The notes: generated by a model from the sequence alone, not told the origin. Counted from the first letter of the stretch, positions 48,953 through 58,377 are shown. The stretch: DNA of 64,000 nt from an uncultured Solirubrobacterales bacterium (GCA_963797265.1 CAWCOY010000005.1:111544-175543), one strand, 5' to 3'. Program-made: numbers and translations.

Positions 48953-49405
48953 ATGAGCAGGAGAGCAGGGATGCGCACGACCTTCGCGGTGCTGCTGGCG
49001 GTCGGCGCGCTGCTGATTCCGGCCTCGCAGGCGGCGGCCGGCGCGCACATCGCGAGCGGGGGCGGCGGCCCCGTGGCGACCAAGTCAGGCGCGATCGTCA
49101 ACTTCGTTCCCGCCGGCAAGCTCAGGGTCAGGAGGCACTTCCAGCCCCTCGCGGTCTGCTCGGTCAACTGCAACGTCACCGGGACCGCGGTGCTCAAGGG
49201 CATGGGTGGCAAGGCGAACATCACCGACTCCGGCTCGTTCCTCGCCAACCAGCCGTTCGGCCTTCAGATCACCGTGAAGGGCTTTCTGCTCAAGCTGATG
49301 AAGGCTCATCCGGGCAGGTTCCACCTTTCGGTGACCTACTCGGCGACCGATCCGGCGACTGGGGCAACCGACAGCGTCTCGCGTGGGTTCAAGTTCAAGC
49401 GCTAG
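48953..49405 (+). CDS. secreted hypothetical protein (signal peptide, beta-rich)
   Basis: RBS GAAGGGAG and signal peptide MRTTFAVLLAVGALLIPASQAAA. Confidence 0.55.
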   Translation: MSRRAGMRTTFAVLLAVGALLIPASQAAAGAHIASGGGGPVATKSGAIVNFVPAGKLRVRRHFQPLAVCSVNCNVTGTAVLKGMGGKANITDSGSFLANQPFGLQITVKGFLLKLMKAHPGRFHLSVTYSATDPATGATDSVSRGFKFKR

Positions 49406-49430
49406 AGCGGCGCTGCCGTTCAGTCAGGTG

Positions 49431-50273
49431 ATGCCGTCGCGCACCGCCAGGGTCGCGGTCGCGCTGATCTGCGCCGTGGGACTGTTCGCCTTCGTCGCCG
49501 GCTCCGCCGGGGCGAAGGCCCCACGGGCGAAGGCAAGCGTGGTCGGCGGCACCCCGGCGAGCATCTCGGATTGGGGATTCACGGTCGCCGTGCTGACCCC
49601 GCACACGCTCTGCACGGGGTCGGTGATCTCGCCCACCAAGGTGCTCACCGCCGCGCACTGCGTGTCCAGCCCGCCGACGATGACGGTGCGGGCGAACTCG
49701 AACGCGGCCTTCGCCGGCGGCGAGGTTCGCGCCGTCAGCGCGGCTGCGATCAATCCCGGTTGGAGCCGCGGCTTCTTCGGCGACCTGGCCGTGCTGACCC
49801 TCAGCGCCCCCACCAGCGCCCCAGCGATCCAGGTGGCCAGCACGACTGAGGACTCGGCCCTGACCAAGCCGGGGGCCGCGGTCTCGGTGGCCGGTTTCGG
49901 AGCCAGGAACCCCGCGCCCCGTCGCAAGCCGAAGATCGGCCTGCTGACGGCGGCGACGGTGTTCGTGCACGGCTTCTGCCCGTTGCCGACCTCGCTGGTA
50001 TGCGACGCGGGCGGGCGCTCTGGGCTCGTCGCGATCCGGAAGGTCAAGGGAACGAAACGCAAGAGGCCGATCCAGAGGACGATCTGCTCCGGGGACAGCG
50101 GCGGTCCGATGGTGGCGGCGAGCCCCGCGGGCCCGAGGTTGGTCGGCGTCGCCGAGGCGACAGCGGCTCCGCCGAAGCGTTCGGCGTTCGGCTTCGTCTG
50201 GTGCGGCCTCAAGGGCTTCCCGGCCATCCACACGCGGGTGGCCTCCTGGCTGAGCTTCATTCAGAGCGGTTAG
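49431..50273 (+). CDS. secreted trypsin-like (S1 family) serine protease
   Basis: Signal peptide, then VVGG, LTAAHC (His) and CSGDSGGPMV (Ser). Confidence 0.85.
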   Translation: MPSRTARVAVALICAVGLFAFVAGSAGAKAPRAKASVVGGTPASISDWGFTVAVLTPHTLCTGSVISPTKVLTAAHCVSSPPTMTVRANSNAAFAGGEVRAVSAAAINPGWSRGFFGDLAVLTLSAPTSAPAIQVASTTEDSALTKPGAAVSVAGFGARNPAPRRKPKIGLLTAATVFVHGFCPLPTSLVCDAGGRSGLVAIRKVKGTKRKRPIQRTICSGDSGGPMVAASPAGPRLVGVAEATAAPPKRSAFGFVWCGLKGFPAIHTRVASWLSFIQSG

Positions 50274-50294
50274 GGCGCCACCTAGACTCGGCGC

Positions 50295-51065
50295 GTGGTC
50301 GACACGCACGCGCACCTCGCACTCTGCGAGGCCGATGAGGATGAACTGGTCGCGGCGGCCCGCGAGGCCGGCGTCCGGCGCATCCTGACGGTCGGGCTCG
50401 GGGAGGACTCGAACCCGGAGGCGGTTCGGGCCGCCGGAGAGGACGAGGGGGTGTTCGCAGCCGTGGGTCGCCACCCGAACAGCGCGAACGGCTTCGACGA
50501 TGCGGCGGCAGAGGGGATCGAGGAGCTCGCGGCGCGCCCGGGCGTGGTCGCGATCGGCGAGACGGGGCTCGACTTCTACAGGGACCGAGCCGAGGCCGAC
50601 GACCAGCGGCGCGCGTTCTCGGCCCAGATCTCGATCGCCCGGAACACCGGCAAGGCACTGGTCATTCATCTGCGCGACGCCGACGGGTCCGAGGACGCGG
50701 CGGCGGAGGCGTTCGCGACGCTCGACGAGCAGGCCGATGGGGTCTCGGTGATCCTCCACTGCTTCTCCGTGGGCCCGGCGTGGGCCGAGTGTGCAGCCGA
50801 GCGGGGCTGGTACTGCTCCTTCGCCGGCAACCTGACCTATCCGAAGTCGGAGCCGATCCGCGAGGCCGCGGCGCTGGTGCCGGACGAACGCTTGCTGGTC
50901 GAGACCGACTCACCGTTCCTCGCGCCGCAGCCGATGCGCGGCAAGCCGAACCAGCCCGCGAACGTGGTGGCGACCGCAGAGCGGCTCGCCCAGGTCCGCG
51001 ATGTCCCCTACGGTGAGCTGGAGCGAACCGTGGAGCAGAACGCCGCGAGAGTCTTCGGGTGGTGA
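50295..51065 (+). CDS. tatD: TatD family metal-dependent hydrolase (DNase)
   Basis: VDTHAHL, GE.GLD, IH.RDA and ETDSPFL motifs. Confidence 0.9.
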   Translation: MVDTHAHLALCEADEDELVAAAREAGVRRILTVGLGEDSNPEAVRAAGEDEGVFAAVGRHPNSANGFDDAAAEGIEELAARPGVVAIGETGLDFYRDRAEADDQRRAFSAQISIARNTGKALVIHLRDADGSEDAAAEAFATLDEQADGVSVILHCFSVGPAWAECAAERGWYCSFAGNLTYPKSEPIREAAALVPDERLLVETDSPFLAPQPMRGKPNQPANVVATAERLAQVRDVPYGELERTVEQNAARVFGW

Positions 51066-51871
51066 CCGGCTCCCGCCGGCCGCCGGAGCGCTCGTCGCGC
51101 CGGCTGGGCCAGAACTTCCTCGCCGATCCGAACCTGCTCGACGCGATCGTGCGCGAGGCGACCCTCGAGCCCGCCGACGTCGTCCTCGAGGTGGGAGGTG
51201 GCGGCGGCGCGCTCACCGAGCGGGTGGCGCCGGAGGTCGCCTGCCTGCACGTGATCGAGGTCGACGAGCGGCTGCGGGATGACCTCGAGCCGCTCGCGCG
51301 GGACGCCGGCAACGTCAATCTGATCTGGGGCGATGCGCTCCGGATCGATCTCGGGGATCTGGCCCCGCCGCCCACGAAGATGGTGGCCAACCTGCCCTAC
51401 TCGATCGCCACCCCGCTGCTCATCCGGACGATCTCCGAGCTGCCGCAACTCGGGAGCTGGGTCGTGATGGTCCAGCGCGAGATCGCCGAGCGGCTGCGGG
51501 CAGAGCCGGGAGGCCGCGAGTACGGGTCGCCGAGCGTGCTGGTGCAGCTCTCCTGCGACGTCACCCTCCTGCGCACTGTCGACCCGGCCGTCTTCGTGCC
51601 CAGGCCGCGCGTGGGGTCGGCGCTGATCGGACTTAAGCGGAAGGGGCCCGCACCACCCGATGGCCTCGCCGCGCTCGTCCGCACGGCGTTCGCCCACCGC
51701 CGCAAGTCGATGACCCGCTCGCTTGAGCTGGCCCTGCCGGGGACGCTCGCTCCCGCCCAGCGAGCCCTGGTGGAGATCGGGCAGCCGGCCGACGCCCGTG
51801 CCGAGACACTCTCGCCCGAGGACTTCGAGCGCTTCGCCGCGGCGCTCAAGGAGCAGGGGGTCGAGCTGTGA
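51059..51871 (+). CDS. rsmA: 16S rRNA (adenine1518/1519-N6)-dimethyltransferase
   Basis: LGQNFL motif, VLEVGGGGGALT SAM motif, and NLPY in the context VANLPYSI. Confidence 0.9.
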   Translation: MVTGSRRPPERSSRRLGQNFLADPNLLDAIVREATLEPADVVLEVGGGGGALTERVAPEVACLHVIEVDERLRDDLEPLARDAGNVNLIWGDALRIDLGDLAPPPTKMVANLPYSIATPLLIRTISELPQLGSWVVMVQREIAERLRAEPGGREYGSPSVLVQLSCDVTLLRTVDPAVFVPRPRVGSALIGLKRKGPAPPDGLAALVRTAFAHRRKSMTRSLELALPGTLAPAQRALVEIGQPADARAETLSPEDFERFAAALKEQGVEL

Positions 51872-52719
51872 GGGACCGCCTGCCCGAAATCGTGTCCGCC
51901 CCGGCCAAGCTCAACCTCTGCCTCTACGTCGGGCCCCGCCGGGAGGACGGACTGCACGAGATCCGTTCCCTGTTCGAGCCGCTCGAGCTGGCCGATGAGC
52001 TGCGGATCAGCGAAGCGGGGGAGGACGAGGTGATCTGCGAGGGGTTCGACGCGCCGGACCTGACCGCCACCGCGCTGGCGGCACTTCGCGAACACGGATG
52101 GGATGGGCCGCCGCTGCGAATCGAGGTCAGCAAGCGGGTGCCCGTGGCGGCCGGCCTCGGCGGCGGCAGCGCCGACGCGGCGGCGGTGCTGCGGCTTGCC
52201 ATGGGCGAGCTGGAGGGGATGCGGTCGATCGCGGCGGGGATCGGCGCCGACGTGCCCTCGCAGCTCCAGCCCCGGCCCTGCCTGGTGGCGGGCGCGGGGG
52301 AGGTGATCGAGCCCGCGCCGCCCCCCGGAGAGCACGCGGTGGTGCTGATTCCGCAGGCCGAGGGGCTCGCGACGGCCGCGGTCTACGCGGAGGCGGACCG
52401 GCTCGGCTCCCCCAGGGGCGAGTCCGAGCTCGAGGCGATCCGCCGCGGGCTACGGGACGCCGTCGACGCGGGCGGTTCGCCACTCGACTACCGCGAGCAT
52501 CTGGTCAACGACCTGCAGTCCGCGGCGATCTCACTGCGGCCGGAGATCGATGAGGCGCTCCGCGGGCTCGAGCAGGCTGGTGCGGCGCACGCGATGGTGA
52601 CCGGATCGGGGCCGACGGCGTTCGGGCTCTATCCGACCGCCGAGGATGCGGCGGGCGCCGAGGCCGAGCTTCGCGGCAGTTTCCCCGGTGTGCTGGCGAC
52701 CCGCCCGCTGAAGCAGTGA
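51868..52719 (+). CDS. ispE: 4-(cytidine 5'-diphospho)-2-C-methyl-D-erythritol kinase
   Basis: APAKLNL start and GHMP-kinase motif PVAAGLGGGSADAAA. Start overlaps the rsmA stop. Confidence 0.9.
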   Translation: MRDRLPEIVSAPAKLNLCLYVGPRREDGLHEIRSLFEPLELADELRISEAGEDEVICEGFDAPDLTATALAALREHGWDGPPLRIEVSKRVPVAAGLGGGSADAAAVLRLAMGELEGMRSIAAGIGADVPSQLQPRPCLVAGAGEVIEPAPPPGEHAVVLIPQAEGLATAAVYAEADRLGSPRGESELEAIRRGLRDAVDAGGSPLDYREHLVNDLQSAAISLRPEIDEALRGLEQAGAAHAMVTGSGPTAFGLYPTAEDAAGAEAELRGSFPGVLATRPLKQ

Positions 52720-54233
52720 GCGCGCGCATCGATCGGAAGTGGGTCGTCCGCGGCCTGGTCCTGGCGGCGATCGTCGCCTTCTTCGTCTTCCGGGACCAGC
52801 TGCCCGGCATCAACCTCGACGAGATCATCGAGGACCTCTCCAAGAGCCTCGGCGCCTGGACCTATCTGCTGGTCGGCGGTCTCGCGTTCCTGGAGACGGG
52901 GGCCTTCGTGGGGCTGGTGGCCCCCGGCGAGTTCACGGTCATGCTCGGCGGCGCGGTCGCATCGCAGGGTGACATCTCGCTGCCTCTGATCATCGCGATC
53001 ACCTGGCTCTCCGCCTTCGCCGGGGACTCGGTCAGCTTCCTGCTCGGCGCCAGGCTCGGGCGCGGCTTCCTGGTTCGCCACGGGGAGCGGTTCCGGATCA
53101 CCAGCGACCGCCTCGAGATGGTCGAGGGATACTTCGCGCGGCACGGCGGCAAGACGATCCTGATCGGCCGCTTCATCGGCCTGGTCAGGGCGCTGGCGCC
53201 GTTCATCGCGGGGAGCAGCCGGCTGCCCTACCGGAGGTTCGCGCCGTACAGCATCCTCGGCACCGGGCTCTGGTCTTTCGCGCTGATCCTGATCGGCTAC
53301 TTCGCCGCGCAGAGCCTCGACAAGGTCACCAACATCGTCGGCAAGGGCCTGCTGGTCTTCGGGATCGTCGTCGCGATCGTCGTGGCGCTGGTGGTGGCCT
53401 ACCGGTTCCTGCGGGAGGCCGAGAACCGGCGGAGAGTGGTGGCCGAGATGGAGAGCCGGCGCGCGCTCCGCCCGATCCTCCAGCTGGCGCGCCGCCTGGA
53501 ACCGCAGTTCGCCTTCCTGTGGCGGAGGCTGACTCCGGGAGGCCTCGGCCTCGAGTTCACCACGCTGCTTGCGGCGCTCTCAGTCGGGCTCTTCGTCCTG
53601 ATCGCCTACTGGGCGGTGATCGCGGGGGACCCGGGACCGACGCCCGGAGACCGCACCGCGCTCGATGTGGCGCACCACCTTCAGGCGAATTGGCTCACCG
53701 ACCTGGCGAAGGTGGTCACCACGCTGGGCTCGGGGTGGGTGACCTACCCGCTCGCCACCCTCGCCGGGGTCTTCCTGGCGGTCCGAGGGCGGTGGATGGA
53801 GTTCTGGGCCCTGGCCGTCGGCACGATCCTGATCGCCGTGTTGGCCCCAGAGATCAAGGTGTGGACCGACCGGCCGCGCCCCGCCGATCCGCTGGTCTCC
53901 GTCGGCAGCTCTTCCTTTCCCAGCGGCCATGCTGCTCAGGCGACGCTCTACACGTGGCTCGCCGTCACCTTCGGGCTGAGGGTGGTCCCGGGGATCACCC
54001 GTCGGAGCCTGGTGATCGCGGCTGGGATCGCCCTGACTGCGCTGATCGGCCTGACCCGGGTCTATCTGCGCGTGCACTGGCTGAGCGACGTGTCGAGCGG
54101 GTGGGCCCTCGGGGCGTCCTGTTATGCCCTGGCGGCGGCCGTGGTGCTCGGCATCGCCCACATTCGCGACAATCCGCCGCGTGAGCCTGCCCCTGAGCTC
54201 GATCGTGGCGCCGGCGCTGGCGCTCGGGACTGA
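52716..54233 (+). CDS. fused DedA-family membrane protein / PAP2-family phosphatase
   Basis: The N-terminal half is DedA-like (FLETGAFVGLVAPGE...GRFIGLVRALAPFIAG). The C-terminal half has PAP2 motifs KVWTDRPRP, PSGHA and RVYLRVHWLSDV. Confidence 0.85.
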   Translation: MSARIDRKWVVRGLVLAAIVAFFVFRDQLPGINLDEIIEDLSKSLGAWTYLLVGGLAFLETGAFVGLVAPGEFTVMLGGAVASQGDISLPLIIAITWLSAFAGDSVSFLLGARLGRGFLVRHGERFRITSDRLEMVEGYFARHGGKTILIGRFIGLVRALAPFIAGSSRLPYRRFAPYSILGTGLWSFALILIGYFAAQSLDKVTNIVGKGLLVFGIVVAIVVALVVAYRFLREAENRRRVVAEMESRRALRPILQLARRLEPQFAFLWRRLTPGGLGLEFTTLLAALSVGLFVLIAYWAVIAGDPGPTPGDRTALDVAHHLQANWLTDLAKVVTTLGSGWVTYPLATLAGVFLAVRGRWMEFWALAVGTILIAVLAPEIKVWTDRPRPADPLVSVGSSSFPSGHAAQATLYTWLAVTFGLRVVPGITRRSLVIAAGIALTALIGLTRVYLRVHWLSDVSSGWALGASCYALAAAVVLGIAHIRDNPPREPAPELDRGAGAGARD

Positions 54234-54444
54234 GTACTACCTCTTCGGCATCGCCGGACTGCTGTCCGTGTGCGCGTTCGTCGGCCTGATCCTGGTGCCC
54301 GCGCTGGGGTCATATGGACGCGTCTGGGAGAAACTGGTCGCCGGCTTTCTCTCGCTCTTCGTTCTGGCCGCTCTCGTGCTGATCGGGCTCGTGATCGGGG
54401 TCGTGATCTTCCTGAATTGGGACGACATTTCGAACTGGATCTAG
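54181..54444 (+). CDS. hypothetical small two-helix membrane protein (start very uncertain)
   Basis: Hydrophobic ORF overlapping the 3' end of the DedA-PAP2 gene. Alternative downstream GTG starts exist. Confidence 0.3.
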   Translation: MSLPLSSIVAPALALGTEYYLFGIAGLLSVCAFVGLILVPALGSYGRVWEKLVAGFLSLFVLAALVLIGLVIGVVIFLNWDDISNWI

Positions 54445-54477
54445 CCGCCACAAGGCCGCTCCACTCCACGCCACGGG

Positions 54478-54626
54478 TCGCGCCTGTCGGCGCACCCTCG
54501 CACCACGGGGCGAAGCCCGAGCGGTTACGAAGCCCGAGCGGTTAAGTGGGGCGGCCGCCGATGGCGGAGATGCGAGGGTGCCCGCAGGCGCGAAGCGCCG
54601 ATGGCACCCGTTTTGCGGCGAAGCCA
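54478..54626 (-). repeat. long copy of repeat family 2 (54503-54626) plus an extra upstream arm that makes a 116-nt long-range hairpin (54478-54593)
   Basis: The reverse complement aligns with 3898-4016. Contains a perfect 17-nt tandem duplication CGAAGCCCGAGCGGTTA (54511-54527 and 54528-54544). 54478-54502 pairs with 54571-54593 (23 pairs, 2 bulges). Confidence 0.6.
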
Positions 54627-54652
54627 TTTACCTCGACACGCAGACCTACCAT

Positions 54653-55888
54653 GTGCGGGTGACTGCTAAGGAGACACGCTCCGCCGATCCCGGCAGCCTC
54701 GAGGAGCTCTCGGCGGCGATCGAGGCGGGTGCCGGGATGCCGGCCGTCGCCCGGGCCGCCGCGCGCGCTCTGGATGCCAGCGTTGCGCTGATCGACCGCT
54801 CGAGCAACGTGCTCGCGGTAGCCACGGCCTCGCCGGACGAGGAGCGGAAGCTGCTCGCCGGCGGCGCTGCCGTTGAGACGGTCGAGCTTCGGGTGGCCGA
54901 CGCGGCTGTCGGCGAGCTGCGCTGGCGGCCGCGCGGCGAGGACGAGCCCGACGCGGCGCTCCTGCGGATGGTCGCCACGCTGCTCGGACTCGAGCTGGAG
55001 CGCTCGCGCTCCCCGGAGTGGGCGACGGAGGAGGCGGCCGGGGACTTCGTGCGCGCTCTGCTCGCCCGCAACCTCACGGACGGCGCGGACATCGAGGCCC
55101 GCGCCGCCGAGCTCGGCACCGATCTCTCCCGCGGCACGGGGGTGCTGATCGCCCGCGCCGCGCCCCACGTCGCCCAGACGGGTGAATGGCGCGCCCGCGT
55201 GCTGGCGATTGCGCAGCGCGCGATCCGTGCGGTGAGCGCCGGCGGCCTGGCGGGCGAGGGAAATAAGGAGGGCGAGGCAGCCGAGGTCGTGGCGATCCTG
55301 CCGGCCGGCGACGACGAGCGACTGAGCCGAGCCGCGGACGCTCTCGCCGACGAGCTCGAGGAGGGGTTGAACGGGTTCTCGGTCCGCGTCTCGCGGAGTC
55401 GGCTGGCCGCCAACCCGGGCGAGCTGTATCGGGCCGCTCAGGAGGCCCTGCTGGCGGCGAACGTGGGCGAGGCGGAGGCCAGGCGCGTGCTGGCCTTCGA
55501 GGACACGGGCGCCTACCGGCTGCTCCTGCCCGCGATGAGCGAGGATCCGGCGGAGCTCGAGCGTTTCTACTCCGAAACCGTGGAGCCGCTCGTCGCCTAT
55601 GACGAGCAGTACGAGACCGAGTTGGTCGGCACCGTGGAGACCTATCTGGAGAACGACGGCAACGTCGCCGCGACGGCTCAGCAGCTCTACACCCACCGTC
55701 ACACGATTCGCTACCGCCTCGACCGCGCCCGCGAGCTGTGCGGGCACGACGTAACCTCCACGGAGGGTCGCGAGAAGCTCGGGCTGGGGCTGAAGGCGAT
55801 GCGGGTCCTCGGGATCGCTTCACCCAGGGGCCCCGCGGACGAGCCGGGGACGGAGGCGGGCCGCGTGCCTCCGGCCGAGTCGGAATAA
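54653..55888 (+). CDS. PucR/CdaR-family transcriptional regulator
   Basis: C-terminal PucR HTH TAQQLYTHRHTIRYRLDRARELCG. Start taken as GTG 54653 (or 54659) because the upstream part of the ORF lies in the repeat. Confidence 0.8.
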   Translation: MRVTAKETRSADPGSLEELSAAIEAGAGMPAVARAAARALDASVALIDRSSNVLAVATASPDEERKLLAGGAAVETVELRVADAAVGELRWRPRGEDEPDAALLRMVATLLGLELERSRSPEWATEEAAGDFVRALLARNLTDGADIEARAAELGTDLSRGTGVLIARAAPHVAQTGEWRARVLAIAQRAIRAVSAGGLAGEGNKEGEAAEVVAILPAGDDERLSRAADALADELEEGLNGFSVRVSRSRLAANPGELYRAAQEALLAANVGEAEARRVLAFEDTGAYRLLLPAMSEDPAELERFYSETVEPLVAYDEQYETELVGTVETYLENDGNVAATAQQLYTHRHTIRYRLDRARELCGHDVTSTEGREKLGLGLKAMRVLGIASPRGPADEPGTEAGRVPPAESE

Positions 55889-55889
55889 A

Positions 55890-55913
55890 CGGCGGCCACA
55901 AACCCCGCCGCCG
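55890..55913. terminator. hairpin CGGCGGC-N10-GCCGCCG between convergent genes
   Basis: 7-bp perfect GC stem seen directly. No clear U-tract. Confidence 0.35.
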
Positions 55914-55916
55914 GAT

Positions 55917-57830
55917 CTATTGGGCCGAGATCATCTCGCTGAGCACGGCCGAGCGGTCCCGGTCGCCCTCCTCCGAGCGGTCGTCCGTGATCACGTGGCT
56001 GACGGCGTTGATCAGCGCCAGGTGGGTGAAGGCTTGGGGGAAGTTTCCCCAGTGGCGGCCGGTCTTCGGATCGAGCTCCTCCGCGTACAGGCCCAGGGTG
56101 CCCGCGTGGTTGAGCAGCCGCTCGCACATCTCGCGGGCAGTCTGAGTCTCGCCGATCTCCGAGAGCGCGGAGACCAGCCAGAAGGAGCAGATTGTGAAGG
56201 TCGCCTCCTCGCCGTGCAGGCCGTCGTCGGTCTCGTGGACGCGGTAGCGGAGGACGAGGCCGCCCTCGGTCAGCTCCTCGTGGATCGCCCTGACCGTCTT
56301 GACGAGGCGCTCGTCATCCGGCGGCAGGAAGCGGACCAGTGGGATCAGGAGGGTCGAGGCGTCGAGCGCGTCGGTGTCGTAGTGCTGGCGGAAGACGCCG
56401 CGGTCCGAGACGCCCCGTTCGAGGATGTCGGCTCGGATCTGGTCTGCGACCCTGGTCCAGCGGCCGACCCGGTCCTCGTCGCCGATCCGGTCCGCGAGAC
56501 GGCTGCCGCGGTCCACGGCGACCCAGCACATCAGCTTCGAGGAGACGTAGTGCTTCGGCTCGCCGCGGGCTTCCCAGATCCCCTGGTCGGGCTCCTGCCA
56601 GAGGGAGATCGCCGCCTCGACCTGGCGGCTGAGCGCCTCCCAGAGCTCATGCGGTAGGTGGTCCTGGACCTTCGCGTGGATGTAGACCGAGTCAAGGAGG
56701 GCGCCGTAGACGTCGTTCTGGCGCTGATTGAAGGCGGCGTTGCCGATGCGGACGGGCTTCGCCTCCTCGTAGCCGCTGAGCTGATCGAGGGTGGTCTCGG
56801 TGAGATCCTTCTGCCCGCCGATGCCGTACATGATCTGCATGCCGAGCTTGCCCCGGTCGACGTTCTCCCGGTAGATGTCCGCCAGCCAGCCCATGAAGTC
56901 GGTGGCCTCGTAGTCGAGGCCGAGGGTGTGGAGGGACCAGAGGGTGAAGGTGGCATCGCGGATCCAGGTGAAGCGGTAGTCCCAGTTGCGTTCCCCGCCC
57001 GGGGTCTCGGGGAGGGAGGTGGTGAGCGCCGCGATCAGGGCGCCGGTGGGTGAGTAGGTGAGTCCCTTCAGCACCAGCGCCGAGCGCTGCAGGTGGTCGC
57101 GCCACGGATGGTCGGGGAAGCTGCCGCTCTCCAGCCAGCGGCGCCAGAAGTCGATCGTTCGGTGGAGGCGGCGCTGGCAGTCTTCGCTCGAATCGGGTGG
57201 GACCGGGGAGGGACCCCAGCTGAGCGCGCTGAAGCGGACCTCGCCGGCCTTCATCCGGTGGCGGGCGCGGGCGTCGGAGGCGTCGACGCCGAGGGCGAGG
57301 TCACCGGTCAGGATCAGCTTCAGGTCGCCGTGGGTCAGCTCGGCGTCGGTTCCCGCCTCACCGCGCCGCTCCCAATCGACCCGGGTCGAGCCATAGTCGA
57401 ACGCCGGCTGGCAGATCATCTCGATGTCGACCTCGCCCTGGACGCACTCGATGACCCGCATCAGCACGTGCTCGGCCTCGTCGTCCGGCGGTGGGCGGCG
57501 GTGGGGCTCGAAGTCGTTCTCCTGCCGCCAATCGCCGAGGGTGAGGACGTCGCGGACGATCACCCAGCCGGAGCCGGTCATCCAGGTGGTCTCCAGCACG
57601 TTGGTGCCGGGCTCGTAGCGGCGGCTCACCGGTGCACCGAGACCGGGGGGCCCGATCCGCCAGAAGCCGGCGCTCCGGTCGAGCAGGGAGCCGAAGACAC
57701 TCGGGGAGTCGAATCGGGGCAGGCAGAGCCACTCGATCGATCCCTCCGGCGCGATCAGGGCGCCCGTATGGCAGTCCGAGATGAACGCGTAGGAGGAGAT
57801 CCGCGGGAAGCGGGACTGGAGGGCGGGCAT
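55917..57830 (-). CDS. glycoside hydrolase family 15 protein (glucoamylase/trehalase-like)
   Basis: N-terminus YAFISDCHTGALIAPEGSIEWLCLPRFDSPSVFGSLLD is typical of bacterial GH15. The (alpha/alpha)6 catalytic region has WDYRFTWIRDA. Confidence 0.9.
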   Translation of the reverse strand: MPALQSRFPRISSYAFISDCHTGALIAPEGSIEWLCLPRFDSPSVFGSLLDRSAGFWRIGPPGLGAPVSRRYEPGTNVLETTWMTGSGWVIVRDVLTLGDWRQENDFEPHRRPPPDDEAEHVLMRVIECVQGEVDIEMICQPAFDYGSTRVDWERRGEAGTDAELTHGDLKLILTGDLALGVDASDARARHRMKAGEVRFSALSWGPSPVPPDSSEDCQRRLHRTIDFWRRWLESGSFPDHPWRDHLQRSALVLKGLTYSPTGALIAALTTSLPETPGGERNWDYRFTWIRDATFTLWSLHTLGLDYEATDFMGWLADIYRENVDRGKLGMQIMYGIGGQKDLTETTLDQLSGYEEAKPVRIGNAAFNQRQNDVYGALLDSVYIHAKVQDHLPHELWEALSRQVEAAISLWQEPDQGIWEARGEPKHYVSSKLMCWVAVDRGSRLADRIGDEDRVGRWTRVADQIRADILERGVSDRGVFRQHYDTDALDASTLLIPLVRFLPPDDERLVKTVRAIHEELTEGGLVLRYRVHETDDGLHGEEATFTICSFWLVSALSEIGETQTAREMCERLLNHAGTLGLYAEELDPKTGRHWGNFPQAFTHLALINAVSHVITDDRSEEGDRDRSAVLSEMISAQ

Positions 57831-57842
57831 GCGCCCGGGAGA

Positions 57843-58325
57843 TTATTTGGCGAGGGTGGCGGGCCCACCGCGGGAACGCGCGTAGGGCCCAAGACCCTCC
57901 TTCGCCCGGGCCGCGGACCAGTTGTGGTTCCAGCGGAAGATCGGCCGGAGGATCGGGGTGAGGTAACGGAGCAGCGGCCGGTCGGCGTCCACGATCCAGT
58001 CGAAGCGCACGTGGATCCTGCCGTTGCCGTCCGGCGCGAGCGTCCACTTGCCGGTGCCGCTCAGATCGCCGTCGACCTCGACCTGGAAGTGGGTCGGCGG
58101 GTCGAAGACGGTGATCCTCGAGGTCGTCTTGAGCGTGTAGGGGAGCTTGCCCTTGAAGTGCTGGCGGGTCGTCACCCCGGGTCCCGGCTCCTGATCGCCC
58201 TCAACGTCGATGTAGACGGGCTTCCACCACTCGGGGTAGGTGCGGGCGTCGGCGAGCGCGTCGAAGATCGCCTCTTGCGGGGCATCGACGTCCCACTCAT
58301 CGACGAATACGTACTCCTTGGCCAT
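57843..58325 (-). CDS. SRPBCC (START/polyketide cyclase-dehydrase-like) family protein
   Basis: 160 aa with the pattern ...V.AP.E.IFDALAD...YPEWW. Confidence 0.8.
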   Translation of the reverse strand: MAKEYVFVDEWDVDAPQEAIFDALADARTYPEWWKPVYIDVEGDQEPGPGVTTRQHFKGKLPYTLKTTSRITVFDPPTHFQVEVDGDLSGTGKWTLAPDGNGRIHVRFDWIVDADRPLLRYLTPILRPIFRWNHNWSAARAKEGLGPYARSRGGPATLAK

Positions 58326-58377
58326 CTCTCCTCCGTGTCGGGCAGTTCCCCTGATGCGCCGCCCAGCCTCTACTGGA

